40,246 bases of DNA from Nanobdellota archaeon (lineage in GTDB: Archaea; Nanobdellota; Nanobdellia; Parvarchaeales; Parvarchaeaceae), in the NCBI GenBank assembly GCA_021798355.1, contig JAJZMG010000018.1, positions 1 to 40,246 on the forward strand. Reading direction: 5' to 3'. The number at the start of each line of letters is the position of its first letter. The stretch's first letter is position 1. A model generated the notes under the pieces. It had not been told where the DNA came from, did not search any database, and worked only from the letters and a program-made list of their open reading frames with translations. Both the position numbers and the translations under genes were made by a program. Shown here piece by piece: positions 36,926-40,246 of the stretch.

Positions 36926-37126
36926 ATGGAAAAGCTGGAAAGCATCCTAAACAAAGTAGTTACTACCAAAAGTTATTACATGCTTGCTTCTGATAGCATA
37001 CAGTCTAAAGTTAACCAGATAAACTACCAAACGAATATCTCTTTTTGGAGCCTGGCTGCAATAGTGTCAATAGTTGCAGGCTATTCTGTTTACAAATACC
37101 TAAAGTTTCTTAAGAGAGGTTACTAA
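36926..37126 (+). CDS. Small protein with C-terminal TM helix
   Basis: 66 aa; hydrophobic segment then basic tail; T7 run at 37133-37139. Confidence 0.55.
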   Translation: MEKLESILNKVVTTKSYYMLASDSIQSKVNQINYQTNISFWSLAAIVSIVAGYSVYKYLKFLKRGY

Positions 37127-37192
37127 GCCGCATTTTTTTGATTTTTCTGCTTTCGGTTATTTGGAAGGCACCTAGTCTTCTTATTTTTAATT

Positions 37193-37831
37193 CTATTTAC
37201 TATCTTTTATGTCTTGCTTTATTTTTCTTACTATCTCTTCAGATATTATAGGAGCTCCTATTGCCAAAATTTTCTTACTGTTGCTGTCAATTATGGTAAA
37301 ATGGCCATGATTAGCTCTTATACCCCATACTCCAAACTCATCCAAATCGAGAAAATAAGCGATTATAGCCTTTATAACATCTCCATGCGAAACGATTATT
37401 ACATTTTTATCTTTAGGTATATCCTCCAGTAACCCTCTTACCCTGCCCATTAAACTATCCCATCCTTCAAATCCGTTAGGATAACCCTGTATTATCTCCT
37501 TTACATGCCAATTGTAATCAATTTGATCTCCCTTGTTATCAGATGGTATTTTCTTGTTGTTGTAATTGCCCATGTTTCTTTCAGATAGCCTTGTATCTTT
37601 TCTTACTTTTAAGCCAGTTACTTTAGATATTATCTCCGCGGTTTGAACGGCTCTTAGAATTGGGCTTGAAAGTATTTCTGTTATTCCGCTTAATTTTTTG
37701 AGTTCTTCAGCGGATTTAACTAGGTATTTTTCTCCTTCAATTGTAAGAGGATATCCTTCAATATCATGGGTAAGATATCCTTTTTTATTGGATTCACTAT
37801 AGCCATGCCGTATGATTATTATAATTCCCAT
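37193..37831 (-). CDS. Histidine phosphatase / cofactor-dependent phosphoglycerate mutase
   Basis: IIRHG..ESN, SSPILRAVQTA, LSER.MG, VSHGD. Confidence 0.9.
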   Translation of the reverse strand: MGIIIIIRHGYSESNKKGYLTHDIEGYPLTIEGEKYLVKSAEELKKLSGITEILSSPILRAVQTAEIISKVTGLKVRKDTRLSERNMGNYNNKKIPSDNKGDQIDYNWHVKEIIQGYPNGFEGWDSLMGRVRGLLEDIPKDKNVIIVSHGDVIKAIIAYFLDLDEFGVWGIRANHGHFTIIDSNSKKILAIGAPIISEEIVRKIKQDIKDSK

Positions 37832-37889
37832 ATATTTCTATGGCATATATAAAATTAATCCTTTATGGTATAATATGTGCTAATTATAT

Positions 37890-39140
37890 CTACCTAGTCA
37901 TCCACATATCATGTTTGTTTATGCTTAGTACGGCGTATATAGCCGCTAAAAACATTACTAAAAGCATTATGGATCCGTAGGATAAGAGTCTTAGTTTGTC
38001 TTTCTTTACAGTTTTTATGATTAAGTATATCATTATTATAGCCGATAAAATAGATACTATTTTTAAGCCATTATACAACAAAGTAACAGACCTTAAAATG
38101 CTTGGGACATAAAAAATTGACTTTACAAAGAGTCTTCCTCCCTCTATTATACCTCTATCTAAGATTGTCTTCGCAATTAAACCTCCTCTTAAAACAAATT
38201 CCGTTAACACAAGGAAAGGTAATGTGTATAAATAAAACATAAAAAATGCATATAATGACCCGTTTTTGAAAATACTCCCGTCTTTAAGACTTTTAATGAA
38301 ATTTATGTATCCAGATCTAGACCATCTTATTGATTGCTTTACCAAATTTTTAAATGAATTTTGCCCTTTTGTTAATACAACTACATCTTGTGCCAGTTTT
38401 GTTTTATATCCTAAACTATTAACATATTTTGTAATAGTTATATCATCCCCCAAAATAAGTTTCTTTCCAAGAAATTTCGAATTTAGAAATTGATCAGAAC
38501 ACACAAAATCCTCTATTATATTCGTTTTGTATACGGCGCATTGTCCATTAATTACCATTACCTTATCAAAATAAGACAATGCTTTAAACGAAAGCTGCCG
38601 TAGTCTTTGAAGCATTTCAGAAGGGTAATAAATGAACTTGTTTTTTTCTTTTATAATTCTTACTTCTGCCCCGACGCCTGCTGTTTTATCATCAAATTTG
38701 CTTAAAATCTTTTTAACAGCGTTTTTAGGCAGTATAGTATCACTATCTAAGAACATTACGTATTTGCTTTTTATCAGTTTTATGCCTACGGCGAGAACGT
38801 TCTTTTTACCTATGTTTTTTCTTAAGTAAATAAATCTGCCGTTATTTTTTTCAGTTATTTCTTTGTAAGGGGAACAACACCCATCTCCTATGACTATAAA
38901 CTTTTTCCCCTGGTTTTTTACAGATGCAATGCACTTTTCAAACAGGTTTTTGTCTTCATTGTATACAGGTATAAGTATTGTAAGCGAATTCTTTGTTTCA
39001 TTATCATTTCCGGTCTTTTCCTTCTTTTTATAGAAATAAAATATGAATAAAATGTATAAAGAGGACGAAACAGAGATTATTATGGATAGATAAACATACG
39101 TTAAATATAATAGATGAGAATACACAACCATACAATTCAT
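37890..39140 (-). CDS. Processive GT2 glycosyltransferase (hyaluronan synthase/NodC-like)
   Basis: IPVYNED, GDG, DSD, GQC, GDD, QSIRWSRS (QxxRW), several TMs, terminal WMTR. Start may be 39131. Confidence 0.85.
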   Translation of the reverse strand: MNCMVVYSHLLYLTYVYLSIIISVSSSLYILFIFYFYKKKEKTGNDNETKNSLTILIPVYNEDKNLFEKCIASVKNQGKKFIVIGDGCCSPYKEITEKNNGRFIYLRKNIGKKNVLAVGIKLIKSKYVMFLDSDTILPKNAVKKILSKFDDKTAGVGAEVRIIKEKNKFIYYPSEMLQRLRQLSFKALSYFDKVMVINGQCAVYKTNIIEDFVCSDQFLNSKFLGKKLILGDDITITKYVNSLGYKTKLAQDVVVLTKGQNSFKNLVKQSIRWSRSGYINFIKSLKDGSIFKNGSLYAFFMFYLYTLPFLVLTEFVLRGGLIAKTILDRGIIEGGRLFVKSIFYVPSILRSVTLLYNGLKIVSILSAIIMIYLIIKTVKKDKLRLLSYGSIMLLVMFLAAIYAVLSINKHDMWMTR

Positions 39141-39199
39141 CTGCTTTTTAGCTATTTATACCTATTATTAAGTATACAAGGCACCATGGGAAAATTTAA

Positions 39200-40246
39200 C
39201 GGTTCCACCGAGAATTCCCCTTTCATAAGATGAGTGGTGAAAGGTGGTAAAGGTATAAAACCTAAGTAAGAGTAAATAAAATATGCGTAATTACAAGTTC
39301 AGATTATATCCGAATAAAGTCGTAGAAACGGAGCTTAACAGGCAATTAGATCTATGCAGATGGACTTATAACAGGCTTTTAGAAGAATTAAACAAGGCAA
39401 AAGAAGAAGGAAGAAAGCTCAAAAGATATGACACGCAACAATTCCTTGTAAAGCTTAAGGAAGAAGATAAATCAGAGTTAAAAAACGTCTACTCAAAGAC
39501 ATTGCAAATGGTAAATCAGCAGTTATGGAACAATATCCACACGTTAGCAGGAAGGAAGAAAAAAGGCTATAAGATAGGAAAATTAAGGTTCAAAGGCTAT
39601 GACTTGTTCAAATCAATATTCTACAATCAAAGCGGATTCATTATAGGAAACAGGAAAATAATCCTTTCAAAAGTTGGAAAAGTAAAAGCAGAGTTTCACA
39701 GGGAAATAAAAGGCAACATCAAAGGTATAATAATCAGCAAAAGAGCAGATAAATGGTATGCCTGCATTCAAGTAGAGAATCCTAAACAAGAAAGGGCTCA
39801 ATCAAAAGTCAATCCAGATACCTTACATAAAGCAGTAGGCATAGACAGAGGAATAAAGCATTTTCTTGCAGACAGCAACTCCAAAGTTGTGGAAAAACCT
39901 AGATTCCTGCAGAAGACTGCGGATAAAATAGCAGCTATTCAAAGGCAATTGGCAAAGAAAAAGAAAGGTTCTAACAGAAGAACCAAGGTAAAATTACGAT
40001 TAAGTAAATCTTATGAGCATCTGCAAAACCAGAGAAAGGATTTTACCCATAAATTATCTACGGAACACGTGAAGAACTACGGAATAATCGTAGTTGAAAA
40101 GTTAAACATTCAGGGAATTGCAAAGAATCACAGATTAGCAAAAAGCATATACAATGCCTGCTGGCTGCAGTTCATATTCTTTTTATCCTACAAGGCTGAA
40201 AGTGCTGGCAGGATATTGATAAAAGTAGACCCGAAGAACACTACGC
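39200..40246 (+). mobile_element. IS200/IS605-family element (no tnpA upstream of tnpB), right end outside window
   Basis: tnpB preceded by a GC-richer hairpin (CCTTTCA 39219-39225 / TGAAAGG 39238-39244). Left boundary is inferred. Confidence 0.65.
39283..40246 (+). CDS. tnpB: RNA-guided endonuclease TnpB (partial, runs off window)
   Basis: Not in ORF track. Manual translation: MRNYKFRLYPN..CRWTYN..AVGIDRG (RuvC-I)..KKKKGSNRR..DFTHKLS..IVVEKLNI (RuvC-II)..SYKAESAG..VDPKNTT. Confidence 0.95.
   Translation, partial: MRNYKFRLYPNKVVETELNRQLDLCRWTYNRLLEELNKAKEEGRKLKRYDTQQFLVKLKEEDKSELKNVYSKTLQMVNQQLWNNIHTLAGRKKKGYKIGKLRFKGYDLFKSIFYNQSGFIIGNRKIILSKVGKVKAEFHREIKGNIKGIIISKRADKWYACIQVENPKQERAQSKVNPDTLHKAVGIDRGIKHFLADSNSKVVEKPRFLQKTADKIAAIQRQLAKKKKGSNRRTKVKLRLSKSYEHLQNQRKDFTHKLSTEHVKNYGIIVVEKLNIQGIAKNHRLAKSIYNACWLQFIFFLSYKAESAGRILIKVDPKNTT

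Noticed and set aside
39283-40246. Cas12f/Cas14 interpretation of the RuvC protein
   Set aside because: The N-terminal YKFRLYP motif is typical of IS605 TnpB, and no CRISPR array or cas gene is visible in the window; downstream context is unseen.
1-40246. tRNA, rRNA, SRP or RNase P genes
   Set aside because: No GC-rich island or T-loop motif in intergenic DNA by eye; a covariance-model search was not run.

Overview
An AT-rich archaeal chromosome segment, densely coding, with no tRNA, rRNA or CRISPR array that I can see. The gene set (aIF2-gamma, eS6, Alba, FtsZ, SecE, short Dph2, a P3A-type H+-ATPase, rusticyanin-like cupredoxins, GH15 hydrolases) fits a small acidophilic DPANN archaeon such as Parvarchaeota; this taxonomy is an inference. 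About 1-12 kb is housekeeping. About 12-40 kb is accessory: sugar and fermentation genes, a blue-copper/DoxD-like membrane cluster, transporters, many ORFans, and a TnpB element cut off by the window end. The best candidate for an undescribed system is a compact module of a KaiC-like ATPase, a V4R sensor, a PaaK-like adenylating enzyme and a convergent EhpF/GriC-like adenylating enzyme, flanked by an MFS transporter. Other leads are a 22-aa Cys-rich microprotein missing from the ORF track, a shared N-terminal L-[DENS]-x-x-L motif in ORFans, a kinase/pseudokinase pair, and atypical Dph2 and aIF2-gamma. All family calls come from motif recognition by eye; no searches were run.
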